Below are positions 35,711-49,454 of a stretch of 64,000 nucleotides of DNA, piece by piece. The translations under genes were made by a program, and so were the position numbers. This DNA is from Mobula hypostoma (lineage: Eukaryota): assembly GCF_963921235.1 (NCBI RefSeq), contig NC_086097.1, forward strand, positions 240,996,001 through 241,060,000, in the 5' to 3' direction. The notes beneath the pieces are model-generated. The model was not told the DNA's origin, did not search any database, and saw nothing but the letters and a program-made list of their open reading frames with translations. Numbering within the stretch: the stretch's first letter is position 1; every line of letters begins with the position of its first letter.

Positions 35711-36719
35711 CTCTCAGTAAATAGATAATATTAACTAAACTGAGAGCCCATATTGCATATACTTACTGAAAATGGTCAAGTTTATGATCACGATTTACAG
35801 AGTGCTTATAGAATATTTATAGGCAAAATTAGAGTTTGGCAGGGACTAGATGGGACGAAGAGCCTGTTTCCACTCTATAGTGCACTATGACTCAATGTGT
35901 GCAGGCGTTTCTTGCCAGAGCTTCTCATAAATATTTGAATAAGACTAATCAGCAAAGGATGTTTCCTGCAGGGAGCACGGACATGACGAAATAGATTGAC
36001 TCAGGATTAAAAGTAAAACCAAGATCAAACCAAATGCAAGAACTTATTTCCTTCACAGCCCACGGGACCTGATCCCAACACACACAGGCTCAAGTAGCCA
36101 GGATCTACAGGAGAATTCAACTTCTATAGTTATTTCCATTTTATTTAGAGAAAGCATTGTAACAGCTCTCTCCGGCCCAATCAGCTCGCGCTGCCTAATT
36201 ACATCAATATGACCAATTTTGAGTGACATGGTAGCACAACGCTTTACACTACAGGCGACCCAGGTTCAATTCCCGACTGTTGCCTGTAGGGAGTTTTCCA
36301 TGTTCTCCCCGTAACCGTGTGGGTTTCCTCCAAGCACTCCGGTGTCCTCCTACAGTCCAAAGACGTACCAATTGGTGGGTTAATTGGTCAGCGTAAATTG
36401 TGCCGTGACCAAATTAGGATTAAATCGGTGGTTGCTGGGCATCACGGCTCAAAGGGCCAGAAGGGCCTATTCTGCACTGCATCACAGGATTAGAAATGAA
36501 TAAAGTAACTTGCATGTCCTAGAAACATGGGAGGAAAACCATGTGGTCATGGGTACAAAGTCTTTACAGGTCATGGCGGAATCAAACCTGCTCATCGGCA
36601 CACTGATAGCATTATGCTAACCGCTATATTACCTTGCAGGTTTGACATGTACCGTACAACAGGGGTTAGAAACACCGACATCAACCACCCGATGGAATGC
36701 AACCTGCATTAATATTACA

Positions 36720-37190
36720 ATCATAAACTTCTACAGATGCGCCCCCATGGAGAGCATTCTAACTGGCTGCATTGCCATCTGGTATTGGGGCTGGTGGCTA
36801 CTGCACAGGATTGAAATAAGCTGCAGAGTTGTGAACTTAATCAGCTCCATCATGGTCACTAGCCTCAGTAATATCCTGGGCATCTTCAAGGAGAGATGCC
36901 TCAAAAAGGCGGTGTTCATCATTAAGGACCCCCATCAACCAGGACTTGCCTTGTTTATATTGCTACCATCAGGGAGGAGGTACAGGAGACAGAGGGCACA
37001 CACTCAATGATTCAGGAACAGCTTCTTCTCCTCCACCACCCCATGGCTGAATGGACAGTGAACCCATGAACACCAACCCACTCTCACCACTTCCTCATGT
37101 GTTACTTTTGCGCTACTTATTGCAACGCACTGCTGCCGTAAAGATAGCAAATTTCACGACAGATGCTGGCAATCTTAAACCTGATTCTGA
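36720..37190 (+). mobile_element. Rex1/Babar-type LINE 3' fragment
   Basis: FYRCAPMESILTGCIAIWY...IIKDPHQPGLALFILLPSGRRYR (ORF 36642..37010); AAACCTGATTCTGA end. Confidence 0.8.
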
Positions 37191-40100
37191 CTGTGGGGCA
37201 ACAGACAAGATAACACATTCAAGTCTTCTTTTTTTTTCCATTATAAAGTCGGTTCAGAGGTTTCCTAATGGCTCTTGAATTAATTGAATAGCTTATTGAA
37301 CCACTTCATTAACAGTCAACCACACAAACAAATCTGGAATCAATCAAAATGAGGGAAAAGACTTTGATTCCAATTATGTCAAGAAAAGTACAAGAGGAGC
37401 TGAAGAGATGTCATGATGGAGACACTCATACTTAGTAATTTAATAAAGTAATTACAAGCCACTAGTTGTTACCAAAGGTGAGGATATTCTCAAAACAAAG
37501 TTGCTAAGACACTACCCCACAGATGTTGCAAGCTCCCATTCAGTTCTTGAAATGCAGAAAGGAACATTGTTAAGCACTTGAAAAAGGTTTCAGCTACATG
37601 AGCAAAATGCAGAGGAATGGAACAAATCAGATAGTTACAGAAAACTGGCACAGGCACGATGGGCTAAAAAGTTGTAACCGTTTACGGACATACATCAGCC
37701 AGAACAGCAGTGAGAACATGAAAGGAAAATTAGCCAGGGTCCTCTCTACTAATTACTTACAGGGCTGAAAGCGGCTGTCAGGCAAGTATGATAGACACAC
37801 ACTCGACACAAGGCTTTTAAACAGGGGAAGTTAAAAACAAATGATTGGGACCAGGTTTAATTTTTTTTTGTTGTTGTGCAGTTTGTTTCTTTTATTCAAG
37901 TCAGGGAAGCTGAAGACAGTTTCAAACTGTTCAGGTGGCACCTGCATTGTCAGCACTAGTGGTTGTCATGATTTCACAGCCACTGACACGCAGACAAATG
38001 AGTTCATCGTGACAACGTGTTCTCAGAAGCCGGTTATCCAAACAGCAGATGACTCAAAATCTGCAACAAATCAGTAAATGAACCAACAGTAGCCAATAAT
38101 TAAGTGTTTGGATCTACCATTCTTCCATATGCAGTCAATTCAGAATTACAATCTAATTATTTTATAATTCCACGCTATTGAGCACTAAATTCCTATTTTC
38201 CCATTGTTGTCTTAATTAAAATTACGAGCTCATTTATATTTTAAATGAAAAAAGTCTGGTGTGACAGGAATAAATCACATTCTCAATATTAATTTTTTAA
38301 TATTTGCACAAATTTGTCTTTGTTTGCCAATTTGTTGTTTGTCAGTCTTTCAGTGTAGTTTTTAGTTGATATCCTTGTATTACTTTGTTCTACTGTGATT
38401 GCCTATAAGAAAATGAATCTCAGCATTGTATATGGTAACGTACTAATACTTTGATAATAAATTTACTTTGAACTAAAATGACAGCACATTTCAAAATACC
38501 TATCTACTGATCAATGGAAAAAATTCCTTAGACTTACTAAAATATTCAGATTCATTTATTTATCACATGTACATCGAATCATACAGTGAAATGTGTTGTT
38601 TGCATTAACAACCAACACACCCAAGGATATGCTGGGGGAAACCTGCAAATTATTGGAAACTTAGCAGCCCCCATACTCCCAGTACATAGGGAAGGTTGTA
38701 AATCTATAAAATGCTCTATCACCATGCACAACTGCATTTCCATTGTTTTACTAAGCTCTGAAATCCTTTTGAGTTGAACACAGAAGCAAATTAGTGCTCT
38801 GTAAAGCTTTAGCTGCTCCATTTTGCAATTCCTTTCATACTATTTCCCCAAGAAAGGAGGAGATGTACTGAAGAATACTGTTGTTCGTGTGTACTTCAAT
38901 GCCCCTCCCCTTCACTAAGCATTTCATCTTTACAGTTCAGCTATGAACTAGAAAAGGTCTGGAATGTGCTGTACAAATCGCTGTGGAGGAACAGAGAGCA
39001 CCAACCAGCTGTAATATAGTTCACGTAGAGGTAGAGCACGGTAACAGGCACTTCCGGCCCTCTGAGTCCGTACTGTCCAATTGACCATGTGACCAATTAC
39101 ACTATTAACCCACAGTTTGCCTTTCAAAGGCACTTACCACTGGGTGGCATGGTGGCATAGCGGTGAGCACAATCACCAATCGGCATTCTATGCCTGCCGC
39201 TCCCTGCAAGGAGTCTGCACGTTCTCCCCGTGACCGCATGGGGCTCCTCCAGTTTCCTTCCATCTTCAGCTCGGGTTAGCAAGTTGGGGGCAGGCTTGCA
39301 TGCTGCCACCTGGACAATCCTTGGACTGTGTTAGTTGTCAGTGCATTTTGCTGTACGTGTGACAAACAAAGCTAATCTCTCTAATCGGACTGTCTTTTTC
39401 ACTAACTTTCAGCTGGCATAGAGGCCAACATTAACTGCCCTTAAAGAGAACGTGGTGACCTGTCCTTTTTGAGCTTCTGCAGTTTCTATGCTGACTTGGA
39501 AGAGAGTTCCAGGATACCAACATTGCAATGATGAAAATAAAAAACAGTAATTAGATGTCCAAGTCACGATGGGAAGTGACTTGGAGCAGAATTTCTGACA
39601 TTGACCTTCTGAAGGGTTGGGTTTGGCAGAGCTGCCATTCACCCTGCAGGCAGTATATGGTACGCCAGTGGCCTCAATGGTCAACTATATTCACCACACA
39701 CATTTACTTGTATTAGGACTTTGCTGTGGTGTGTTGGTTAGGGCTCGACATGCAACAAAAATTCAACAATTATATAAAGAATTATATTAAAAATAAAATT
39801 AAATGTTAAAGTATAAATATGCATAAATACCAACATGTATTTACAACATAAACAACATTGTCAAATCTGCTTTAAAGTGTTTACAGTGCAGTGACAGGGG
39901 TAACATATAGAGGGGGGTGTGGGGGCTGACGAGAATGGTTGATCAGATTAACTGCCTGAGGTAAAAAAAATAATAAAAGGGCATGAAATTTTGTTTTAAT
40001 AGCCCTATAGCATTTTGCAGAAGGGATACTTTGAGAAAGGCTGTTTGCGGAGTGCAGAGTCCACAGTCCACATGATTTTTCTTGCGCATTTCTTTGTCCT

Positions 40101-40296
40101 GGACACATGCAAAACCTTGGCGAACCCTGCAGTGACGGCAGACTTCAGCCCATGAACTTTTGTGCTGATGAAGAGAGTGGTGGTTCAGCTAATGGATTAG
40201 TAGCGAACTGCTGCATCTCAGATGATATTCGGCTCTTGAAATAGGCACCAGCTCAGAAGAGTGAAAGGTGTTCTACCATACTCAAAGTTTAAACCT

Positions 40297-40900
40297 TATA
40301 AGACATGGAAGCAGAACTAGGCCATTCATTTCATCGAGTCTGCTCCACCATTCCATCATGGCTGAGTTATTATCCCTCTCAACCCCATTCTCCTGCCTTC
40401 TCCCCATAACATCCAATCCCCTTACTAATCAGTAACCTATGAACCTCCACTTCAAATATGCCCAATGACTTGACCTCAATAGTAATCTGTGGCAATTCCA
40501 CAGATTCACCACCCTCTAGCTAAAGAAATTCCTCCTCACCTCTGTTCTAAAGGGACGTCCTTCTATTTAGAGGCTGTGCCATTCATAGGAAACATCCTCT
40601 CCATATCAACTCTATCTAGGCCTTTCAATATTCAATAGGTTTCAATGAGATCTCCACTCATTCTTCTAAATTCCAGTGAGTACAGGGCTAGAGCCATCAA
40701 ATGAATCTCACACATTAACCCTTTTATTCCTGGGATCATTCTCATAAATCTCCTCTAGACCCTTTCCAATGCCAGCACATAAAACTGCTCAAAATACTCC
40801 TAGTGCAGTCTGACTAATGCCTTATAAAGCCTCAGCATTACATCCTTGCTTTTATATTTAAGTCCTCTCAAAATGAAGTGCTAACACTGCATTTGCTTTA
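40297..40900 (-). mobile_element. CR1 3' fragment
   Basis: Reverse complement of the ORF2 C-terminus and 3'UTR; a related copy lies at 42120-42560. Confidence 0.8.
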
Positions 40901-42593
40901 AACCTTACATGAAAGCTCTATGTAGATTTCCCAGCCTCTGAAGTGCTCAGATATGCATCGTGTTTACCCCTTTCCTGCATATTACTTGATTTATAGCTTC
41001 ACTCAGATCTTCTCACAAGTTCATTTTCCACCAGCAGTGAAAGCAAATTTGAAATTGATAACAGAATTACAGCAGTCCTGCTTTGACACCCGAGTGGCCT
41101 GCACAAAGACTACACACGGAAGCCGCAATTCAAAGTCTACCATACCATGCTGCAGCATGCAATTCAGCAGTGTTACACAGTACCAAGCCCGGCTCAGAAC
41201 CATCATCAAATAGCAATGTTTAATACCACAATTAAAACAAAAGTTCTACTCCACTGTGTACCACAGTGGAAACAGCAATGATTAGGATGATTGATGTAGG
41301 CAGATCTTTAAATCTCTGCCCTGCAATCCATTGGTTTAGAAATATTTGTTTGTTTATTTACTGAGATACAGCGTGGAATAAACTCTTTGAGCCCGTGCTG
41401 CACAGCAACACCTAATTTAACACTAACCTAACCACAAGACAATTTACAATGACCAATTCACCTACCAACCGGTACGTCTCTGGACTGTTGGAGGAAACAC
41501 ACACTGTCATAGACAGAACGTACAAACTCCTTGCAGGAGTGGTGGGAAGTTTTTCCACAAAAGCACCTACTGAGATGATCAAGACAACACCTTAAACACA
41601 AGACATTCTGCAGTGGAAATCCTGCGTGTCACACACACACACTATGCTGGAGGAACTCAGCAGGTCAAAGTGAAAGGAACGGAGAGAAACTCGTGAAGAC
41701 CTGATGAAGAGTCTCGGCCAAAGTGTCAACTTTCCAGAAATACTACCTGACCCACAGGAGAACATCAAAATATATTTCGTATGAAAGAATACAAGGCAAT
41801 CAGTTAAAAAAAATCTATTAAAACCCACGTACTTCACATCAACAGAAACTAACTTGTGCTGCTAAGAAATCTTCAAGAGCAATAGAATAGTTATTGGAGA
41901 TTTGGTTCAGGGCATTTTATAAATGTGTATTCAGCATTTGTTGTATTTGTTTAGTTTGATTGAAATGATCTATGACATAGCCACAGCTATCCTCTCCATT
42001 TCTCCGTTGTCACCAGAGTTAAGAGGCTAACGGCTCCATTTCAGACACATAATTACAACCTGCATCCTAGGAGCTCCAGTACATTACCATAGGAATTCTG
42101 CACTCCATACGAGAATCAGACACTGAAGCAGAACTAGGCCACTCTAACTAGGCCATGCTGCACTGCCATTCTAACATGGCTGGTTTATTTCCCTCTCAAC
42201 TCCACTCTTCTGCCTTTCTCCATAACCTTTGACACCCTTACTAATCAAGAAACCCATCAACTTCTGCTCTAAGTATCTGTGGCAATGAATTCCACAAATT
42301 CACCACCCTCTAGCTAAAGAAATTCCTCATCTCCGCGCTAAAGGGATATCCTTCTATTCTGAGGCTGTGCCCTCTAGTCCTAGACTTCCCCCACTATATG
42401 AAACTCTGCTCCACGTCCACCCTATTTAGGCCTTTCAATGTTCGATAAGTTTCAATCAGATTCAATCAGATCTTACCCCCCTCCCCCCAGTCTCTTCCTC
42501 TGGACCCTCTCTAATGTCAGCACAACCTTAAAGGAGCCCAAAGCTGCTCTCACCTGACTTCTGAATGGACATTGAACACATCAGTATTACATT

Positions 42594-42602
42594 ATATATA
42601 TA

Positions 42603-42648
<46 letters not shown>

Positions 42649-42677
42649 TACACACACACACATATACACACACACAC
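42594..42677. repeat. Compound (TA)/(TG)/(TA)/(CA) microsatellite
   Basis: Seen directly in the sequence. Confidence 0.95.
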
Positions 42678-43732
42678 CAATTTTTTTTCTATTATTATGT
42701 ATTACATTGTACTGCTGCCACAAAGAAAACAAACTTCACAATTTATGTCAGTGATATTAAACCCGATTCAGACTCTGACAACATACTAGTGCATTCTGTC
42801 CAATGCCTTATAAAGGCTCAGCATTACACCCTTGCTTTTAAGATCATGAAAGGTGCTGTACGAATGCAAACATTTTCCTTCAGTACACAAAACAAAACAG
42901 GCGATATCCACGCGTAATCAACATCTACCCTTGAGGATGGGAAAATAAAATTAGGCACGAGGGACAGAAGGAAAATTGCAACTCCTGATTCAGAATTTCC
43001 CTTTAGGGTCCATAAGCACCGCCACTCACGCTGAGCTAAATTCTCAGTGGCTGAGACACTGCAGATTGCTGCACCGTCTGCCAAACCTCCAATTTTCGAG
43101 GCACAGGCAGAGACTCTTCAGGTAAACACATCAGCCTGCATGTACAACGTTAAAATAAAACAGACCAGTTACACAGGGAGACTTGTGCACTCAGACGTGC
43201 TGGACTGGTAATCCAGAGGAACACAATAGTAATCCAGGAAATGTAAACTCAAAACCCGTGACAGCACTCTGAAAAGTTGATTTAGTATTTAAGTAATCAG
43301 TGTCAGTAACAATGGTGAGAACACTTTGAAAAATCAATAATACCTTATTGAATTTGGTCTCATCGATATAAGACTACGCTTACCGGGCAGAGTGATTGAC
43401 TCTCAACTCCTGAGACACACCTTGGCATTCGTTTATAATCAGCTACTCAGTAAGAAAAGAACCACCGTGTTTCAAGAAGCAATTCAGTCCCGTTTTCTTG
43501 TGGACAATAAACAGATGTCCTGTGAGCACATCCTCAAAGTCCAATACAAATTTATTATCAAAGTACATGTGTCACCAAGTTCAATCCTGAGATGTGTTTT
43601 CTTGCAGGCATACTCAGTAAATCCACCAGAACAGAATCAATAAAAAGACCATACCCAACAGGATGGCCACTCAACCAATGTACAAAAGACAATGAACTGT
43701 GCAAATACTAAAGAACAATATTAATAATAATA

Positions 43733-44263
43733 CTCATCAATAAGAGAAATTATCAGACATATGCTGAATTAAAAGAGGAAACTGAAAGACGATGGAACAT
43801 GAACAGGGTATATATTGTCCCAGGAGTAATATATTCAACTGGTACCATCCCAAAGTACAATTGCCTTAAACAATTAGGCCTGCACAGCAATACTAATACA
43901 AGTTTCCAGATAGCCACTGATGCACTATCAATTACTCCAAAAGACTGGAAGTAGAGTAAATACTGAAAGGCTGTTATTAGCAGTAAAATGTGACCTTGAC
44001 CATGCTGAGTGTCTGCCCCTAGACTGAGAGGAGGAGCAATGGCGCAATCGGCTTTATTCAGGGGTCTGTGGGAGGAGCCACAGGAGCAGTCAGAGAGGGG
44101 CGTGTCCAGACAGGTAACCCACTTACAACATATGGTTTACCACAGCCACATTACTAAACACCTGTGGATTAGTCCAAAAGTTCCTAGCCATTGAGAAATG
44201 AGTGTGCTTGGCTATGCCCGTACCTCAGGTTTTATCAGCTTGAGCTGAGAAAAAATAAAAATG
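43733..44263 (+). mobile_element. R4/Dong-clade (restriction-like endonuclease) non-LTR retrotransposon 3' fragment
   Basis: Relic YAELKEETERRWNMNRVYIVP...STGTIPK...LKQLGLH...FQxATLLNTCGLVQKFL; A-rich tail; flanked by TAATAATAATA (43722-32 and 44264-74). Confidence 0.7.
43918..44144 (-). mobile_element. Solo LTR (227 bp)
   Basis: TG...CA termini, 5-bp TSD GCCAC (43913-17 and 44145-49), AATAAA on the minus strand; removing it restores the host reading frame. Confidence 0.75.
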
Positions 44264-44987
44264 TAATAATAATATTTTTAGAAAGCAATACATATGGAGA
44301 ACTTGAGATGAAAAGACCTTGAAAGAGAGTCCATAGGTTGTGGGAACAGTTCAGTGATGGGGCAAGTGAAATTATCCACTCTGGTTCAAGGCGGTTGAGA
44401 GGTAGTAACTATTCCTGAACCAGGTGATGTGAGTACCACGGCTCCTGTACCTTCTTCCTGATGGCAGCAGCGAGAAGAGAGCATGGCCTGGGTGGTGGGC
44501 GCCTTTGACGATGGATGCTACTTCACTGCAACAGTGCTCCACGTAGCCGTGCTCAACGGTGGGAGGGCTTTACTCATGATGGACGGGACCATATCCACTA
44601 CTTTCTGTGGACTTTTCTGTGCAAGTGCATTGGTGAAAGACAATTAAAGAACATAGACATTTAGCTTGAAAATGTACTTTGGTCTTGCATCACACACTGT
44701 TGCATCATTTGGATGAGTCACTAGTCCATGCCCTGTCTGATCTCCCAGGTGCACAAGTTCCACAGCACTACTCAAAGTAAATGTCCAATCAAAAGGTCTG
44801 AAAAACCAGTAGCACCAAAATAGTTTATCTAGTCAAAGTAAAACTATCAAAGTTCGTATCTCTTACCACATACCATCTTGAGATTCATTTTCTTGCAAGC
44901 TTTCGCAGGAAAATAAAATACAGTAAAATTTATGAAAACTATACATAAAAACTGACAAATTAAAGTTACAAAATCAAGACTTTATTG

Positions 44988-45360
44988 ACAGAAGAGATTC
45001 TGCAGATCAGCAAACACAAAATGTTGGAGGAACTCAGCAGGTCAGGCAACATCTATAGAAATGAATAAACAGTGGATGTTTCAGGCCGAGACCCTTCATC
45101 TGGACTAGAAAGGAAGAGGGAAGATGCCAGAATAGAAAGGTGAGGGGAGGGGAAGGAGGATAGGTGAAGCCAGGTGAGAGCGAAAGGTAAAGGGCTGGAG
45201 AAGAAGATATCTGATAAGAAGGGAGAGTGGACCATGGAAAAAAGGAGGGGCACCAGAGGGAGGTGATAAGCAGGTGAGGAGAAGAGGCAAGGACAGCATC
45301 TATGGAAAGGAATAAAGAGGACAATGGGACAATGCTTCTGGTGGAGACCTTCTTCAGGAT
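44988..45360 (-). mobile_element. Penelope-like terminal fragment (similar ones at ~29930-30355, 46390-47010 and 48653-48980)
   Basis: GAGATTCTGCAGAT...GGAACTCAGCAGGTCAGGCA...GAGACCCTTCATC motif followed by a purine-rich tract. Confidence 0.7.
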
Positions 45361-45704
45361 GCAGGATATTGCTATATTTGGAAAATAAAGTTGCCCAAAT
45401 TAAACTTATGCAAGGAAGAAAAACAGTTGGAAGTAACCAGGTCAGTAACCTTAGTTACAAGGTCACCAACCTCAAAGGTTAACCCTTGCCTGCCACAAAT
45501 GTTTCACATTATGCATTAAATACACTGAAAGAGGGCTTTATTTGTCACATCAAAACATAGTGAAATGCAGCATGTCAACAACCAACACAATCTGAAGATG
45601 CACTGGGAGCAGCCCACAAGTGCCACAGGCTTCCAATACCAACATAGCATGCCCACAACTTACTAACCCATTGCTCTTTGGAATGTGGAAGTTAGCCCAC
45701 GTAA

Positions 45705-45920
45705 CACACAAAATGCAGGAGGAATTCAGCAGGCCATGCAGCATCTTTGGAAAAAAAAGAGTACAGTCGACATTACGGGCCGAGACCCTTGATCAGGACC
45801 CTCATCAGTCCTGACGAAGGGCCTCGGCATGAACCATCGGCTATGCTCTTTTTCTGTAGGTGCTGCCTGGCCTGCTGAGTTCCTGCAGCATTTTGCGTCT
45901 GCTGCTTGGATTTCCAGCAT
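45705..45920. mobile_element. Palindromic mini-PLE inserted in a SINE
   Basis: Head-to-head hammerhead-like motifs at about 45763-45843 with inverted flanking arms. Confidence 0.7.
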
Positions 45921-48900
45921 GGGCAGCTTTTCTCATCTGAGAGTAAACCCACATGGTCACCAGGAAAATGTGCAGACTCCTTACTGACAACAGCAGAATT
46001 TGAACTCTGCCAGCGCTGCAAAATGTTTCTCTAACTACTAAGCTACCGAGCCACCCGACATACAATACCATGCCGTCCTACACGGTACTCAGCAGAGCGT
46101 TTAGAAAAAAAATCTGCTTTATTTCAGGTCGACTACATTTTGGTTTCAGTCAAAGAATTCCCTTCCACCTGGAGTTTTTGATGTGCAGCATTCTTTCAGG
46201 TAGGCACTGGTGACTATAACAGCGAGTGTTGTAATGACAGCTTTAAGGCTCTTTAGTGACACGCTCAGTGGTGGTCGCTGGTCTGTAAACCTGTTGCCAT
46301 GGAGAAATCTCCATGCCAGGAGAGGCGTGCAGCCGAACAAAGGGGAGGAACCACCCAGCGTCTTTCATATCCATCAGGATATGATTGAGAGAGACCAGCA
46401 AAACCTCAAACTCCATCCGGGGTAGACTCCAAGCTGACGGAATGAACATCGATTTCGCTAGAGCAATACGCACAGAATTCTGGAGGAACTCAGTAAGTCA
46501 GGACAGTATCTAGGGAGATGAATGAACGGTGGACATTTCATTCCGAGGGAGGGAAAGGGAAAAGACGCCGAAATTAAAAAAGGTATGGGGAAGGAAGGAG
46601 GATAGCCGGAAAGTGGGTAGGAAAAATAAAGGGCTGGAGAGAAAGGAATCTGATAGGAGAGGAGAGTGGACCATAGGAGAAAGGGGAGGAGAAGAGGTAC
46701 GAGGCAAACGTGATTGGCAAGCGAGAAGAGGTACAAGGCCAGAGAGGGGAACAAAAGGAGAAGGAGGAGGAGGGGAAGGATTTTTTTTTAAACCTTAAAG
46801 AGAAATCGATATTCATGCCATCAATTTGAAGGCTATCCAGACAGAATACAAGGTGTTGCTCCTACACCATGATGGCAGTCTCCCCTCAGCACAAGAGGAG
46901 GCCATGGACTGATTGTCAGAATGGGAATCGGAATTAAAATGTTTAGCCACTGGAAAGTTCCGGATTTGGCAGATGTCTCTAACTTCTGGTCATCTCTCCC
47001 CCCCTTCTTTCATTCATTCCCCATTTACAAGGAAATAAAGATACAGAATAGAATTTTTGAAAAACTATATAAAACAAATACTGACCAACAAGAGGACAAG
47101 TGCTGTAAATAATACAAATACTACTGAGAACATGAGTTGCAAAAAGTCCTTGAAAGTGAGTCTGCAGGCTATAGAATCAGTTCATTGTTGAGATGAACGC
47201 CAGTTCAGGAGTCTGATGATTAAGGGGTAGTAACTGTTCCTGAACCTGGTGGTGTGGGACTCAAGCCTCCTTCCTAATGGCAGCTGCAAGAAGAGAGGAC
47301 AGCATGGATGGTGGGTGACCTTGATGATGGATGGTGCTGTCTTGTGACAGCACTCCATGTAAATACGTTCAGTGGTGGGGAGGATTTCCCAGTGATGGAT
47401 GGGGTCATATCCACCTCTTTCTGTAGACTTTTCCCATTCCTGGGCATTGGTGTTTCCACACCAGGCTGTGATGTAACCAGTCAGGGAACTTTAAACTGTG
47501 CATCTAACAAAGTTTGTCGAAGTTTTTGGTGACATGCTGTATCTAAAACAGGACAGATTACTAAAAATTTAGTCATTGCTACAAAGCAGAAATAGGGCAG
47601 TCTGCTCAATCGATTTATAATATCCCAAAACAGCCAATGTAATAAATGGCCTCATGGACTGATTTCTTTGGTGGTGTTTATTGAAGTTTTCTCCTCATTT
47701 AGTGCTGCTATGGGGCATTTTACACCCACACATACAAGATATTAGTCTAAATTGAAATCTCTGACGTGGCAGACCCTCAACAGATTTAGGGTTCACTGAG
47801 CACAGGCAAAAATCCCTAATGTTCTAGCCAATACTTAACCAATGAACCCACAAACACTACCTATTCTGCTCTCTTTTTGCACCAGATATTTACTTTACGC
47901 ACATTTCTTAATGTAATCTATCGTACAGTTTATGTATTGTATCATACTGCTGCCGCAAAACAACAAATTTCACAGCTTTTGTCAATGATAATAAACTTGA
48001 CTCTGATCTTAATCAAGGTTATCTGGTCATTATCATGTGCTTGTTTCTGAGACTCTGCTCTGAGCAAATTGACAGTGTTCCCTTTGAAGTGACTGTACTT
48101 CAAAGCACACTCTACAAGACTTGGAATGTATCAAAATTCTGAAAGATGCAACATAGATCTGACCATGTTCCACTGAAAGGAGTACTCTGGTTTCAGAGTG
48201 GGTCTTGAAGCCATGACGTTGACTCAGCTAAGTGTTACTAGACAAATCTGACACCTTGGCTGAAACAGAAAGTACTTCATCCCTATACATAGCTTTCTTT
48301 ATTTAAAAAAAGAAGACATTGCAAATGTCATACATGGACAGGTCAGCACTGAAAACTCTGTCACGAAGTACATACAAGTTCTGTTTGAATAAGTTGCATG
48401 TCTGTTGGAATCTGTACCTAAAATCTGCAAATGTTTTGTGCACTTCAGAGTAAAGTCCTCTGTCCTTTTGAAGGCTAACCAAAAGACATTGTGACTTTTA
48501 ACCAAGGGCTTCATGGTCTTGAACATAACAGAACTGCAGATGCATTTGGCCAATATGAAAACACTTAACTAATTAGACTAAACCATTGTTAACACACGGC
48601 TGGATATTATTAGATGCATTACTTAAAATAAATTAATCCAAACACCAAGTATAAACACAATGAAGTCTGCAGATGCTGGAATTCCAAAGCAACACATACG
48701 AATTGCTGGAAGAACTCAGCAGGTCAGGCAGCATCTATGGAAATGACTAAACAGTCAATGTTTTGGGCCAAGACCCTTCTTCAGGACTGAGAAGGTGAAG
48801 ATGCCAGAATAAAAAGATTGGGGGGGAGGGGGGGAAGAAAGGGGAGGCTAGCTGAAATGTGATTGCTGAAGCCAGGTGGGTGGGAAAGGTCAAGGGCTGG

Positions 48901-49454
48901 AGAAGAAGGAATCTGATAGGAGAGGAGAGCGGACTATAGGAGAAAGGGAACAAGAAGAGGACCCAGAGGGAAGTAATAAGTAATAAGCGAGCTTATCTCA
49001 ATTGAGTTCTTCTACTTAAAAAAAATGAATCTATTATACTCAGCATTTGATACTATGTCAATAATACCTAATCAAATATAATATAAAGAAATTAAAACCA
49101 AATACAGAAGTTCCAATGAAATAACAAAGGACTTTGTTACATGCTAACACATCATGAAGTGATTTTAATTCAGTCAAAAATTCTGAGTGCATTAAAAAAA
49201 ATAAGAGACCAATCTTAAACCATATGGCTACAGGCTCCAGGAATTCATGCTTTTTGTACTTCATCTGAAAATAATATCATGTATGGTCACAATGGCTTTT
49301 AAACTCTTCTTACCTAGAGTGAGAAGCTCATACAGAAAAACTGTATCAACTATACACTTCTTGCTGGTCAACATAGCTTTGCAAATCTATTTTCAGAAAT
49401 GTTCACACCCATGAAAGGAAGAAAATCAAGCAGTTAATTTCTGTCTTATTCCTA

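Noticed and set aside
46140..46390. Possible coding relic (ORF 46210..46425)
   Set aside because: Only vague resemblance to the CR1 esterase, and no splice or domain support
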